NCBI RefSeq assembly: GCF_009834535.1
Contig: NC_045697.1
Location: 18,540,001 to 18,604,000 of the forward strand
Reading direction: 5' to 3'
Source: Camelus ferus
Lineage: Eukaryota
Length of the DNA: 64,000 nucleotides
Made by a program: the position numbers and the translations under genes. Below the pieces are notes generated by a model, which did no database searches, had not been told where the DNA came from, and was given only the letters and a program-made list of their open reading frames with translations. Positions 1 through 12,082 of the stretch are shown here, piece after piece; within the stretch, counting starts at the first letter, position 1, and every line of letters begins with the position of its first letter.

Positions 1-184
1 TGAAGTGTTTTTTAAGAGGGAAAGGGGCAAGTTTATCTGTCTTCTCAAGCAGTTATTTATAGGGAGGCCTTATGTCAGAAACTGGTTGGAAAGTGGAAAA
101 GTTTTGCCTTGATGTCACAATTTTCTTTTTAAAAGTCAGTCTATTAGTCCAAACATAGTATCTACTTAGTTCTTTTCTTCCACA
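1..184 (-). mobile_element. possible ERV LTR fragment truncated by the window edge
   Basis: Ends in ...ttccaca (TGTGGAAGAAAAG start on the - strand) with LTR-like composition; family not recognised. Confidence 0.3.
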
Positions 185-389
185 ATTTAAACCATGACAT
201 CATCAGCCTGAGGAGGTTTAACATATGCCTGGCCAGGTTTCTTTTATTTCCCCTTTTATTTCTTTTTCTTTCTTCCTTAATTCCTTTCTTCCTCCTCTTT
301 CTCCTCTTCTTCTTGCTTCTGTTATCTTACTTATTTCATCAAGTGGCTAAATTGTCCCCAAACCTTACCTCATCTTCATTTCACTGCAG

Positions 390-776
390 GAGTTAAAATG
401 GAGACATGAGACCACGTAGGAAAATACTGCAATGAGCCAGGCAAGAGATTCTTGCCCGATTAGGGCCTGAACTGGAAGATATTAGAAACAGAGAAGAGGG
501 AAGAATATTTGAAAAAGAGCTAAGGATTAAAATGTGTCAGCTATGTGTTCATGGGGAGCCGAGGTGGCAACAGAGGAACCAGGTTGGATTCTGGATTCTG
601 GCCTGGATGGCTACCATTTACTGAAACATGGAGAATAAGATGAGAAATATGTCTAGGAATGATGAGTTTTGTGTAAGGCGCATGTGGAAACATCCAACAG
701 GAGGTAGATGGGTCTGAAACCAAGGGAGTGATGACCGAGCTGGAAATGTAAATTTTGGGCTTATTTGGCTAGAGGC
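390..776 (-). mobile_element. LINE-2 fragment (left part, interrupted by a MaLR provirus)
   Basis: Purine-rich L2 antisense motifs (gatgagttttg, ggaaacatccaacaggag, gctggaaatgtaaattttggg); L2 resumes collinearly at 3974. Confidence 0.7.
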
Positions 777-1128
777 TGTGATCGCTGGTTTCAAAGATGA
801 TCACCATCAGTTTTCTTCCCTCCCGGTATGCACATGCCACTCTCCCATCCACAAGAGGAGTTTGTTTCCCTCCACTTGAATCTCATCTAGATTTGTAAAT
901 GCTTTGACCAGTAGAATGCTGTGGAAGAGGCATTCTGGGGCTTCTGAGTTCAAGCGTCCTGAGGATAGGCAAAGTTTAGTTACTTTCTCTTGGAACATAA
1001 CATGGGATGTAGCCGCCATGATAAGAGGAAGCCCAAGCTGTAAATCCACAGAATCATGATGATGAATGGTGGTGGTGGTTGTTTCAAGCCACTAGTTTTA
1101 AATGGCTTAATACATAGCAATAGAAGCA
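777..1128 (+). mobile_element. MaLR MLT1-type 5' LTR (internally deleted)
   Basis: Starts TGTG; carries cttgaatct...gctttgaccagtagaatg and gtttcaagccactagtttt...gcaatag motifs; followed directly by the MaLR internal start. Confidence 0.85.
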
Positions 1129-2227
1129 GAAATTGGCACCTGAAAGCGGAGCACGGCTATAACAGAAACCTAATACAGATGACATTGGCTTTGGAATCTG
1201 GCAGCAGGCAGAAGTTGGGAGGGCTTTGAAAAGATAGAAAGGCTGGAAGGGACGTGAGGAAATTTCTATTGAAGATTGAAAATAAGGGACATGAGTCACG
1301 GATTTTAGAATAATTTGTGAAATGTTGCCTACAGCAACATGAAAAAGAGAAAGAGTACATAATAAATCTATGGATCTTGCTAAGAAGACTTCCAGGTAGA
1401 GTGGCAGATTCCTTTAGCTGCCAATGATAAAATACAAGAGGAACAAGATCAGCATAAGAAGGAACTCTTACAGTTTTCAAGCAGAATATAGAGACAGTAT
1501 TTCCAACGCAAACCCTGTTTGATGGAAAATTTTTAAATAATTTCATATTTGCAGCTTCTCTGGCAAACAAGAGATTCTCAAAGTAAGAAATGGTCACAGG
1601 GAAAAAAATCAAATCCAGTGGCTTCTACTAAAACATAGCCTGCCAGTAAAGATCAGATCAAGGGTGTGGTTACAGGACCCTTTGCTGACATTTCAGAAAG
1701 ATTTAAAGTTATGCCTCATAAACTTCTCAGCTAGATAAAAGGGCTTCCTAGACCCTCTCAGTCAGACAGTAGAACATCTGAGAACCTTAACAGTTTTGCC
1801 CCACAGCACACTGACCTTGAGGGTCCTCTCTCAGAGAGGTTTGTGGATATGGTTTTTGTCCTTGACATGGATTATAATTTGATACACAGGGAGCCCACAA
1901 CTTTTTAAAAAGGAATTGTATCAGTTTAAGCTCAACAAGCAGGGATCTATTAATCAGAGAAGAAATGTTTCATTGGAGAAGGAAAATGCGCAAAGTTTGG
2001 ATTATAGATATAGAAGGTATGTTAAGGGACAGATAGTAGAAAATGAAAAAAAGGCCCCCCGACTCTAACCTTCTTATGAACAGGAAGTAGGCTGAGAAAG
2101 GTACTCAGTAGCAATCACAGGGTATACTTACAGGAAATGAAAACAACTCAGAAGGTAAAGCCAAGATTCCAGAGGGAGGAGCCTCGAACCATAGAAAACC
2201 ACTCACAAGGAACAGAAATGAACTCTT

Positions 2228-2348
2228 TTTTTTTTTTAACTAACCATTTAACCTCTTTTATTATCTCTACTTCTTTAATTCTTATTTTTTTAATTGAAGT
2301 GTAGTCGATTAACAATGTTAGTTTCAGGTGTACAGCAAAGTAATTCAG

Positions 2349-2400
<52 letters not shown>

Positions 2401-2605
2401 ATATATATATTTTTTTCCAGATTCTTTTCTATTACTGCTTATTACAAGAAACTGAATATAGTTCTCTGTGCTATACAATACGTCCTTGTTGTTTATCTAT
2501 TTTATATATAGTAATGTGTATCTGTTAATCCCAAACTCCTAATCTATCCCTCCACCCCTTCTCCCCTGGTAACCACAGTTTGTTTTCTATGTCTGTGAGT
2601 CTACG
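2228..2605 (-). mobile_element. 5'-truncated L1 3' end (cetartiodactyl-type 3'UTR) with 14-bp TSD
   Basis: Perfect TSD agaaatgaactctt at 2214-2227 and 2606-2619; poly-T at 2228-2237; L1 3'UTR motifs aattgaagtgtagtcgatt and ctgtgctataca. Confidence 0.9.
2350..2410. repeat. (TA)n/(CA)n microsatellite inside the L1 3'UTR
   Basis: About 20 perfect TA units followed by acacacatacatatatatat. Confidence 0.95.
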
Positions 2606-3018
2606 AGAAATGAACTCTTAACCAAGGAACAGTCTCTACCCTTGAAGTCAGAGAAAATGTCCACATGTGCCCATTTGGATTTCAGAATTGCTGAGGAATG
2701 GGGTAGTTATGTGCCTTCTGTTCTAGCCATTTTTTGAGTGGGAACATTTACTGCTTTGTTCTGTCCTTTTTTCACAATTGTGTGTTAGCATGTAGGATAG
2801 GATGCTTTTATGTCTCATAAATCTCCACACCCAAGATATCGCAGCCGAAAAGCAAAATTCAAGGAACAGACTAGAGATGCTCTTTCTTCATTTATACCTG
2901 ATTTAAATGATGATATTCTGGACTTTAAGCCAATGCCATAATGGAATGAGAATTTTAAGGAGGAGGCAAGTGCATTTTGCACACAGGAGTATTGTTAAAT
3001 TGTGGTCAGAGAGTCAAC

Positions 3019-3973
3019 CATGGTAAATAATCTCTAAATATGCCCACCATCAATTCCTTCTCTCTTTGAAGGTACAGGCTACTTGTTATAGCTGGAAAGT
3101 AGTTAGAATAGTGAAAACATTTTATTCAGGACTACCACCTTAGGGGGAAAAGAACCTCAATACAGACTCAGGCTCAATTCCGAATATGGCATGGCAAGTG
3201 GGAATTTACAGCCAAGGAACAGGGTGGGGTTGGTGGATAAAAAAATTATAACAAGGAAACATCAGGAGTAAGAGAGAATTCTGGCTAAACTGACCTGCAG
3301 GATTCTTGCTGAAAACAAGCCAGGATGACCAGACATCATCTGAGGGATAGTGGAAAACAAGGAACCCAATTAGACATTGAGGGTAATCAAGATACAGAGG
3401 ATGGGAGATTCTGGCTAAACCAACTTAACAAGATTATTGTTAAAATTGGACAATGCAGATTAACACAAAGTCAGGTCTAGTTGGAAGAGGGCTCAGGGAG
3501 GTCTGAGTAGAATTTAGTCAATGAGAGAATCTTCATCATACTCTCCCATCAAGAAGTGAAACTTATTTGCCCTGGGCTGGCCTTGTGAATGCTTTGGTCA
3601 ATAAGATGCAGCAGAAAAAATATCTGGGATTTTTGAATCTCCATTTTAAGAGAACTGGCAGCTTCCAGCTCTTTCCTTTGGGAACACAGCCACCATCTGT
3701 AAGGAAGCTCAACAGCCATGAGGCAAGGACTCTATAGAAGAACACCCAGACCCTCAACAGTCAGCCCTAGTTGAGCTCCCAGTCAGTGGCCAACACCAAG
3801 TGCCAGCCATGTGAGTGAAGCCAATTTGGGACTATGATCCCCTCAGCATCCTAGCCAATACTACAAAAAGCAGAAGGAATCATTCAGTTAACCCACAGGA
3901 CTGTGGCGATAATACTTTGTTGCTTTAAACCACCAAGTTTCAGGCAGTTTGTTGTAGCAACGTAACCAAAACA
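3019..3973 (+). mobile_element. MaLR MLT1-type 3' LTR interrupted by an ERV1-type solo LTR
   Basis: Homologous to 777-1128 (caccatcaattccttc, actctcccatc, tgaatgctttggtcaataagatgc); ends ...gcaacgtaaccaaaaca. Confidence 0.8.
3084..3538 (-). mobile_element. ERV1 solo LTR, MER31/MER67-like, with 4-bp TSD
   Basis: TG...CA termini; TSD tact at 3080-3083 and 3539-3542; - strand start TGATGAAGATTCTCTCATTGACTAAATT resembles the MER31/MER67 consensus. Confidence 0.85.
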
Positions 3974-4490
3974 GATAAAGGTTAAAACATTGAGCTTGGA
4001 GGAGATATCTCCAAGGGACTATGTGAAATAATAAAACAAGAACAACTCTGGGGAGAACAAAAATTTCAGGTGGGTAGAAGCTGCCCCCTAAAAAAGACTG
4101 AAAGGAAATGCTCAAAGAGGCAGGAGGAGAGAAAGAAGATGGGGCCTCACAGAAGACAAGGGAGAACTACTTCAAGGCACAGGAAAAGGCCCACAGTGTC
4201 AAATGTCACAGAGAGTTCTAGAAAGAAAAGGGAAGATGTGGAAATCTTCCATCAGCTTGGGTAACGTGAAGTCATTGATGACCTTTGCCAAAGTGGTTTT
4301 AGCAAAGTGGTGGAAATAGAAGCTGAATGACACGGTTAAAGAGATTTCTAGCCAGGAAATTTTACTTAGTCAGAGGCAGTAAAAATGAGAGCAAACAACA
4401 GGTACAGATATCTCTTGTAACCGAGTGTCTCCAAAGGAAGTAAGAGTAACAGGACATTTGGTAAATGAGGTCACAAGGTCAAGAGAAGTG
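3974..4490 (-). mobile_element. LINE-2 fragment (right part)
   Basis: acagtgtcaaatgtcacagagagttc and gaagtcattgatgacctttgccaaagtggtttt are L2 antisense motifs. Confidence 0.75.
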
Positions 4491-5451
4491 TTAGACTATC
4501 ACATTTATACTTTCCAGTCAAGCTCTAGGTTGCCTCAGCTTTTTACAAGTGGCCACCATCTTCAGACAGATGTGTGACTTCCGCTACTATGTTTGTCCAC
4601 ATGCCTCTGCTTGAAATCGGACAGAATCAAGCTTTAAGGACAGGTGGCACCACATGGTGCAAGGAGCCCTGTGCTGGGAGTTGTGACACTTAGTTTGCGC
4701 TAGCTGGCTTCAGCAAGTCAGCTTCCAGACTTCAGCTGCTGCTGCATTTGATTAGCAAACTAGACGAGGACCTTGAAGGGCCTTCCAGTGTTAACATTCT
4801 ATGAAAGTGATTCCATTCTCAAACATTTCTACGTGTGATTATTTTGCTTTGTTCTTGTTGTTTCCTGGAAACCCAGTGTGCTCATATGGGCTAAATCACC
4901 CAACTTATTAAGCAAAATATTGCAGCTCGATGCCTTCACCTAAAACGCAATACAATACTCTCACTTCTAGCCCATATCCTATGAGTTGAAGCTTGGATAT
5001 AAGGTCCTCAACAAAGGGTTTGATCCCTTCTGAGCTCCCCTGGGGCCAGGGTCACCCAGAGCAGGTCATTCTGGTTCTCGGTCACACCTGCAGCAGAGAG
5101 ATCTATGGCCATGCCCAGGGATAAGCCTGGCCACCAAGGGAAAAGGGGAGAGTCGAGGGAGTTACCAAATACAGCTTATTTCCCAAAAGGATAAGTATTC
5201 CTCAATTTATATGGGCTGGGGAGACAGATCTCCATCACTTAAAGTATTGCAGAGATAAGGAGCACACACCAGCCCTTCACTATCCCTGCCGCCTGAGGGT
5301 CAGCATTATCAAGCATCTTTTTGCATAGTTAATGTCCATTGGGCTATATTATTTCTGCAGGCAGCTTCTTTCTTTTCTATTTTGAATTTATATTTTCATC
5401 TTTACTTTATGGGCTACCTTTGTTACCAGGCACAATTAAAGACAAAGCCAG

Positions 5452-5551
5452 CTACAATGGCAAACATATAACAATATATAAATGTATCAAATTGACACAT
5501 TGTACACCTGAAATTTACACACTATATGTTAAATCTATTTCAATTTTTAAA
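5452..5551 (+). mobile_element. ~100-bp L1 3' terminal insertion with TSD
   Basis: TSD aaagacaaagccag (5438-5451) / aaagataaagccag (5552-5565) at a TT/AAAG site; cattgtacacctgaaatttacac is an L1 3' end motif. Confidence 0.8.
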
Positions 5552-6134
5552 AAAGATAAAGCCAGTAGAAGGGTAAGCAGATTTTGTATATGTATTTAAT
5601 GTATTTAATTGGTATTACCATGCTTTCTTCTTGTAGAGGAAGAAAATAACTAGAAAGAGAAATCTTACTAAATCTCACAACCGCCACCCCAAATGCTAAT
5701 ATTTTAATATCAATATTATTAATATGACAAAAAGAAAACTATATTTGTGGCAGGAAAAGTCATTTCTTATTCCCCACTGGGTTCTAAAGAGGATGACCCT
5801 CTGAGCATCCATGCTAAGTAAGATGATGGATGTTTATTGTGCAAGTTGGGAGAAGGCTTTTGAGAGCCAGCTAGCATAATTTAAGGAAGAGACAGAGTGG
5901 AGAGGGGAGAAAAAGAGAATTCTGGACAGGCCAGAAATGCTGGTGTCCATAAAGCTACAGGGTCTGTTTGAGGGAGATTGAGGACAACAGAGCATATTAG
6001 CTGAAAAGAAACATTGCCAGAAGAACTGAGATGTTTAATGGAGATTTCTATTGTTGTGCTTTGTACTGTGTGATACAATGTTCTCCACCACGTATTTCTC
6101 TCTTGTGCCTTCACCAGCTTTTCCCTTAGTGTAG

Positions 6135-6345
6135 GGATTAAGAACCCAGATCCTGGAGCCAGACGCCACATTTCAGCTCCTGGGCCCACACACACCATGG
6201 GCTGTGTGATTTAATCTAACATCTTCATGCTTTGATTTCCTTATCTGTAAAACAAAAATAATAATAGCACCTACCTCATAAAGTTTTTGTGAGAATTAAA
6301 TGTATTAACACATAAAAGGCTTATAACTGGCCTGGCACATAGTTT
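6135..6345 (+). mobile_element. MIR SINE
   Basis: Core tttccttatctgtaaaac...ataatagcacctacctcata and end cctggcacatag. Confidence 0.85.
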
Positions 6346-6640
6346 ACTACTACCTACTAATACGTTCTGAAATTCAACTTTTTTTGGTTTTGAGAGGATG
6401 TGACAAAGAGCTAAGTGCTATTTTATGGGAACAAGATGAAAGCAAAGACTGCTCCTAGGGACCAATCACATCTGATATTTTCATAATTTTTATTTTATTT
6501 ATTTATTAATTATTACCATTATTATTATAATTATTTCAGATCTTCCTCTTAATGTGCACCCATGCCCACACATTTTGTTTATTACCTTTGCAGGCATTCA
6601 TTATTTCTTAATTCAAGTTATTCTTTTAATTCAATTATTC

Positions 6641-7530
6641 TTTCATTCATTCAACATTTATTGAGCACTTAATACTTTCTACATGTCAAGTGCTGTTCCA
6701 GGTGCTGGAAAATAGTACAATCAACATCCCTGCTTCCATGGTGTTTATATTCTCAAGGGGAAGATAGACTATCACCATGACAACAAAAACAAGTAATACA
6801 ATTTCTAGTACTGATACCTGCTGTGAGGATTGAGGAATTGACTTGAGGATTTGAAATTGACTTGGGGAGAGTCACTCCTTCAGAGAGGGTGTCAAAGAAA
6901 AGCTTTCTGAGGACATGAAGTTCGAGCTGAGAAGTGAATAATACAGAAGTGGCAGTCACAAAAAGGTGCTGGCCTGAATGTTCCAAACAAGGAAGGATGA
7001 AGTCCAAGGATGTCAAGACAGAAATGAGCCTGGTGTGTATAAGCAATTGAAAGAAAACCAGAGGTCTAGAGCCCACTGAGTGAGGGCAAGAGTGGAAGGA
7101 CATGAGGTCAAAGAGGTGAAGAGGAGCTATATCTTCCAGAACTCCAGGTTTCTTGGAAAAGAATTGTATGCTTTATTCTAAGTGCAAAGGGAAACCACTC
7201 CTCCAGGCTTTTAGACAGAGGAATTACAGAATCTAATTTACTATGTACAAGTAGATACTGACTGAACATCTATTTGCAGGGCACAGTGCAGTAGCCTTGG
7301 TGGAAGGTATCAAGATGAATTGAAAAAAGCCAGAACATCCTGGCTGTTCCATTGAGAATGGATTGTGGAAGGTCAAGAAAGGAGGCAGGAAGTCCATTTA
7401 GGAGAATTCTAGAAAAGAGTAGCAGGTAGTGGTAACAGTGGAGCTGGAGAAAAAAGCACAGATTTTGACTATATTTTGGAGCTAGAGCCAAAGATCCTTT
7501 TAATGACTTGTTCATGGATTTTGGTAGGGT
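6641..7530 (-). mobile_element. LINE-2 3' end
   Basis: ttcattcattcaacatttattgagcac terminus followed by continuous L2 antisense sequence. Confidence 0.85.
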
Positions 7531-7559
7531 GAGTAGAGCAATAGATGAATTAATAACAA

Positions 7560-7950
7560 AGAATACAGAATTCACAGAATTAGTGCAGAAAAGTCACAAA
7601 ATGAATACACAAATAATACAACAAACAACAACAACAAAACTTAGGAATGGAGGAGAATCTGATCTCCACAGTTGCCATATTATATTATTTAAAATGTCCA
7701 GTTTCAACAAAAAATTACAAGACATGCAGAGAAACAAGAAAGTGGCTCATACACAGGAAAAAAGTAGTCAGTAGAAATTGTCTCTGCAGAGCACAGGTGT
7801 TGGACTTCCTAGACCAAGCTTTAAATCAACTATTTTAAATATGTTCAAAGAACCAAAGGAAATCATGTTTAAAGGACTAAACAAATGTATGAGAACACTG
7901 TCTCCCAAATAGAGAATATCAGTGAAGTGATAGAAATTATAAAAATTTAC
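7560..7950 (+). mobile_element. old L1 (L1M) 5'/ORF1-region fragment
   Basis: A-rich; ctattttaaatatgttcaaagaa and aaatagagaatatc...atagaaattataaaa motifs. Confidence 0.65.
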
Positions 7951-8098
7951 AAGTTTAAACTAATATATCAAACATTATTAAGCCTTTCAAAATCACAACT
8001 AAATAGGTTTAGTGATGTACTGTTTTACAATTTACTATGAGTTAAAATTCTCCCTTGGAGCTGTTTCTGTCTCATATTGATCCTCCCTTTTTTCTATT

Positions 8099-8628
8099 TG
8101 TATTAGTTATCTATTGTATAGTAAATCATTCCACAACTTAGTTTCTAAAAACAGTAAATATTTATTATCTCACAGTTTGTGTGGGTCACGATTCCAGGTC
8201 AGGCTTAACTGGGGGCTTCTAACTCATGGTCTTTCACAGAATTGCAACCAAGATATCAGCTGAAGCTGTAATCATCTGAATGCTCAACTGGAGCAGGAGT
8301 CACTTCCAAGTTCATTCACGTGACTCTTGGCACGCCACAGGTCTTTGCTGGTTGTTGGCTAAGGAAATCAACTCCTCACCACTTGGGCCTCTCCATAGGG
8401 TTGCTCACTACATGAAAGTCACTTCCCTTAGACTGAGGGATCTAAAAGAGAAAGCAAGAGACTATGTGCCCAAGAGGAAGCCACGGTCTTTTTATAGCCT
8501 AAAATTTTCATGAGGGCATCCAATTATTTCTACCATAGTCTATTTGTTAGAAGTGAGTTAGTAAATTCAAATTACACTCAAGGGAAGGGGATTACACAAG
8601 GACACAAATACCAGGAGGTTCCTACCAC
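8099..8628 (-). mobile_element. MLT1 solo LTR
   Basis: tgtattagttatctattg...tttattatctcacagttt...cctaccac. Confidence 0.85.
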
Positions 8629-9859
8629 CCAATCCTAACCACTTTCAGTGGGTCGGACTCTCCTTAGTAACAAAGAGAAGCAGGAAAAGTAGTAACAGTA
8701 GCAAGTCCCCACAACTGCTGCATGATTTGATTAAGAGGAATAGTTCCTGGTGTCCTCCATTCAGAAAGACCATCACTGGAAAAAATGAGGCAATTTGACT
8801 TCACCCACATTTGTCAAATTTATACTGCCTGTGACCAAGTCAGCAAGAAATTTACCAGGTCTTCATTACTCAAGAAGTTTCCAAGTCCACAGACTCAAGT
8901 ACGATCATTTGCATTTGCACCATGAGATCTTTATAACCTCACCCTTTGTTCAGTACACAGATCTTCCTAAGCTCCTCAGCAAACTTTTTCCAAAATGGCA
9001 TTATTTGTACACCCCTAATTACAGCCTCCTTCATTTATATGTGACTTTTCTCATGATGATATTAATCCCATGAGGAGGCAGTACCAGGAATGCTCCATCT
9101 AGCTGAACTCCGACTGTGTTCTTGGCTCATCATACTCTTGCACAAATAAGAACGTAAACATTCCATAGCCTCCTCCTTCTCTCGTCCACTCTCCCACAAT
9201 GTCTCATTGTTTGGCGCAAGTTACCCTGAATTCATGAACTTAACACATTCTATATCTGTAATCTAAACTTTGTGCACTTTCCTTCTCTAATGAAACATTT
9301 CTCTTCTGATTAATATTTCCCCAAACTCTGCCTGTGGATGAGTAGATGACATCTTCCCTGGAATGAGTACCTTCAGAAACATGAATTTCCAAGTTAGGTT
9401 AAAAGGTAAATATCACAAAGTCCAATTCAAGTCACAAAAGAGCAATGAAGTAACTTCAGGTTAAACCAGATGATAACCTTAGAATGTTTTAAATTTATGC
9501 CCTAAATTCCCACAATATCGCTCACCTAATTCACAGCACTACTTCACTGAAAATGCTGGGCTATTCTAGAACCTAGATAATTAGAATTAAATTTTAAACC
9601 GCTGAAAATTTTTTCTCTCTGATGTAAAGCAGCTCTCCACTCAGAGACTAAAAATTGATAACTCAGATAAAATTCCATTCTCTTCCATCCATGCTCTGCA
9701 TCCCACCTGAACCATCATTTCCCAACAGACTGCAGAATTCTCAACCTCTTGATCCTGGTGTTTTGTATTTTTTAAACTAGTATCTCTGTGATTTTAGAAA
9801 GTTTAAAATCCCTACCAAACATTGCATTCCCATTCTTTAAAAAATCTACCCTTGGGCTT

Positions 9860-10420
9860 CTAGAAAGATCAGCATGATGGAATGGGTTTGAATCCTAATA
9901 TCCCACTTACCACCTTGATCAAGTGTCTTGACCTCTCTGTATACCATAGTTAATAATTCTTAGCTCTGAGAGCTTTTTTCGTCTATATGAGATAATCATC
10001 ACTCATTTAACAACTATTAATTGGACACCTCCTGAGTGTAAGGCTCAAGGCTATAAGCTCGGCAGGATACAAAGATGAGTTAGAAAAAGATAATGCCCTT
10101 AAGAAGCTTAGGGTATAAATTAAAATCAATAAACTATGATTCAAGGTAGAAACAATAAAAACATTTTCAACCAGGTCCCAGAGCAAATGTCACCTCCTCC
10201 AAGAGGTCTTCCTGGGCACACCCCATTTAATGTGGGTCTTATTCACTCTTCACCACTGTACTTGTTTTAGTCTCTGACAGCTCTCTCATTATCTGACATT
10301 ATCATGGTTATTACTGTTAATTTACTAGATTTTGGTCAGTCTCTTCCTTGAACATGGGAGCACCATGGAAACAGAGGCTTCCTCTGTCCTATTCTTCACT
10401 GTCAAACAATGCATCATAAA
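9860..10420. mobile_element. cluster of MIR and L2 fragments
   Basis: gggtttgaatcc...ccacttac (MIR); cactcatttaacaactattaattgg and aaatgtcacctcctccaagaggtcttcctg (L2). Confidence 0.6.
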
Positions 10421-12082
10421 TACCTGTGGAAGAGCCAGAGAGAGGTTCTTTGAAGAGTGCAGAAGGGACTATTTCTATGTGTAAAAGTACTTGGTAAAAC
10501 ACTAACAGTTTTCCCATTTGGAAGATTCTGGTCTGTGAACTTTCTGTCTCAAGGGGATGTTCTCCTCCAGGACTGAGACGGGAGATTGAGTTTGGGGAAA
10601 AGACATCATTTAATAAGGCTGGAGGAGAGAGGGGGTCCATCTTCCAACCAGCCCCTGAAAGTACCAATCCCTGATTCTCACTGCAGGTGTGGAATGACTG
10701 ACTTACACCATCTTCCTTGAGAACAAAGGAAGAAAATCAATTCTGTCAGAGGAAGCAGCCCTTTCACATAACTCCTAGAGGGTTATTTAACACACTCAGT
10801 TCACACACGTCAACGCCATGTTTACAAACACATAAACTTGTATCAGAGAGCCTTTAACCTTTACAGTATACTTTAAAACTAATACATGAAGTTCCAGTAG
10901 GATAACCACTGTTCAAAATAGAAAAAAAAAAGTAATACTGCAAATGCTCTAAGGTAATTTTACATAATTAGACAAAGTTTAAACAACCCAGGAAATATCC
11001 ATGCCTTGTCTGAAAAGATTATAATGAAATGTCTAATAAAAAGAAAATGGCCTATAATTCTCACCATTTCTTCTCTTACTTACAGCCCTTGTAAGATCAA
11101 TAATAAGATGCAAGTTTTTACCACCTCGTTGCAGTTAAACTGCATTTGCTAACAATTGCCTCCTTCTTCATTAAAATGTTTCATTCAGTAATTAACGCAA
11201 GTGTCAAGTCATTTACCCAGGGCTCCTCAATTTCCATACTGCGAGGTGCTCAACACACTGGACTCAGCTATTTATGATTGCCACCTCAACAGGACTTCTC
11301 TCCACTAAATTACAGTGAAAGAATGCTCTTCCTTTCACTCCTCTCCCAGGGGGGAAAATAAATAAATTGTTGTCCTGTGTGTTTCAGCATGGGACATGAT
11401 TTTGGGGTAGTCTAAAAATAAATTTGGTCTCAATGTTTGACATAAACCAGAAACCCAGTGAATAGTCCTCAGTTGTTGAAATTCCTCTGGAGTGGTGGTG
11501 ACTGATGAAATGAAGAGCCTCTCCAGAAAGAGAATTCACATTTATAAAATTCCTACTCTATGCTAAGTACTCAACATGTGCTATCTTGTTTAATCTAGTG
11601 CCAAACACATCTAACAACTATGTATTATTTACTACCATGTGTCTTACACTGTTCTTTGGGGATTTGGAGGTGTGAAGAGATGAGAACTTACACTCAAAGA
11701 CCACATATTTAATTTTCCTAAAAACCTTTTGGGGTTGGTAACTACTATTCCCATTTTATATACAGAATAGTTTCCAACTTGGCCTTAAGCTATGTTCACC
11801 TTGCTGTGCCCAGTAGAGTAAGCCATCAGATGTCTATCTGTATAAAGGACTGAAGAACTTTGAAAGGGAATTCACACTAAAGGAAGCTGAGCACAATGAT
11901 CTTGACCCAGTTACAAACACTCTATTGAAAGGGTCAGTAGAATGTGGTGTTTGCCATTGATACCTTTGAATCCACAAAAAAGGATTCGTATCTGGGTCCT
12001 AAGAAGCTAATGGTATAAAAACAAAACAAAAAATCATAAAGAGTCATTCTCTAAAAACTTTGTATGCCTACCCCTCTGAATC

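Larger units (their letters stand above)
1129..3018 (+). mobile_element. MaLR MLT1 internal region (decayed)
   Basis: Begins gaaattggcacc...ggctttggaatctggcagcaggcagaagttgggagggctttga, a typical MLT1-int 5' end; ends gtgcattttgca...ggtcagagagtcaac before the second LTR. Confidence 0.8.

Noticed and set aside
1157..1612. 151-aa ORF on the - strand
   Set aside because: Antisense to decayed MaLR internal sequence; no protein resemblance.
2290..2528. ORFs with YIYIYI runs
   Set aside because: Translation of a (TA)n microsatellite in an L1 3'UTR.
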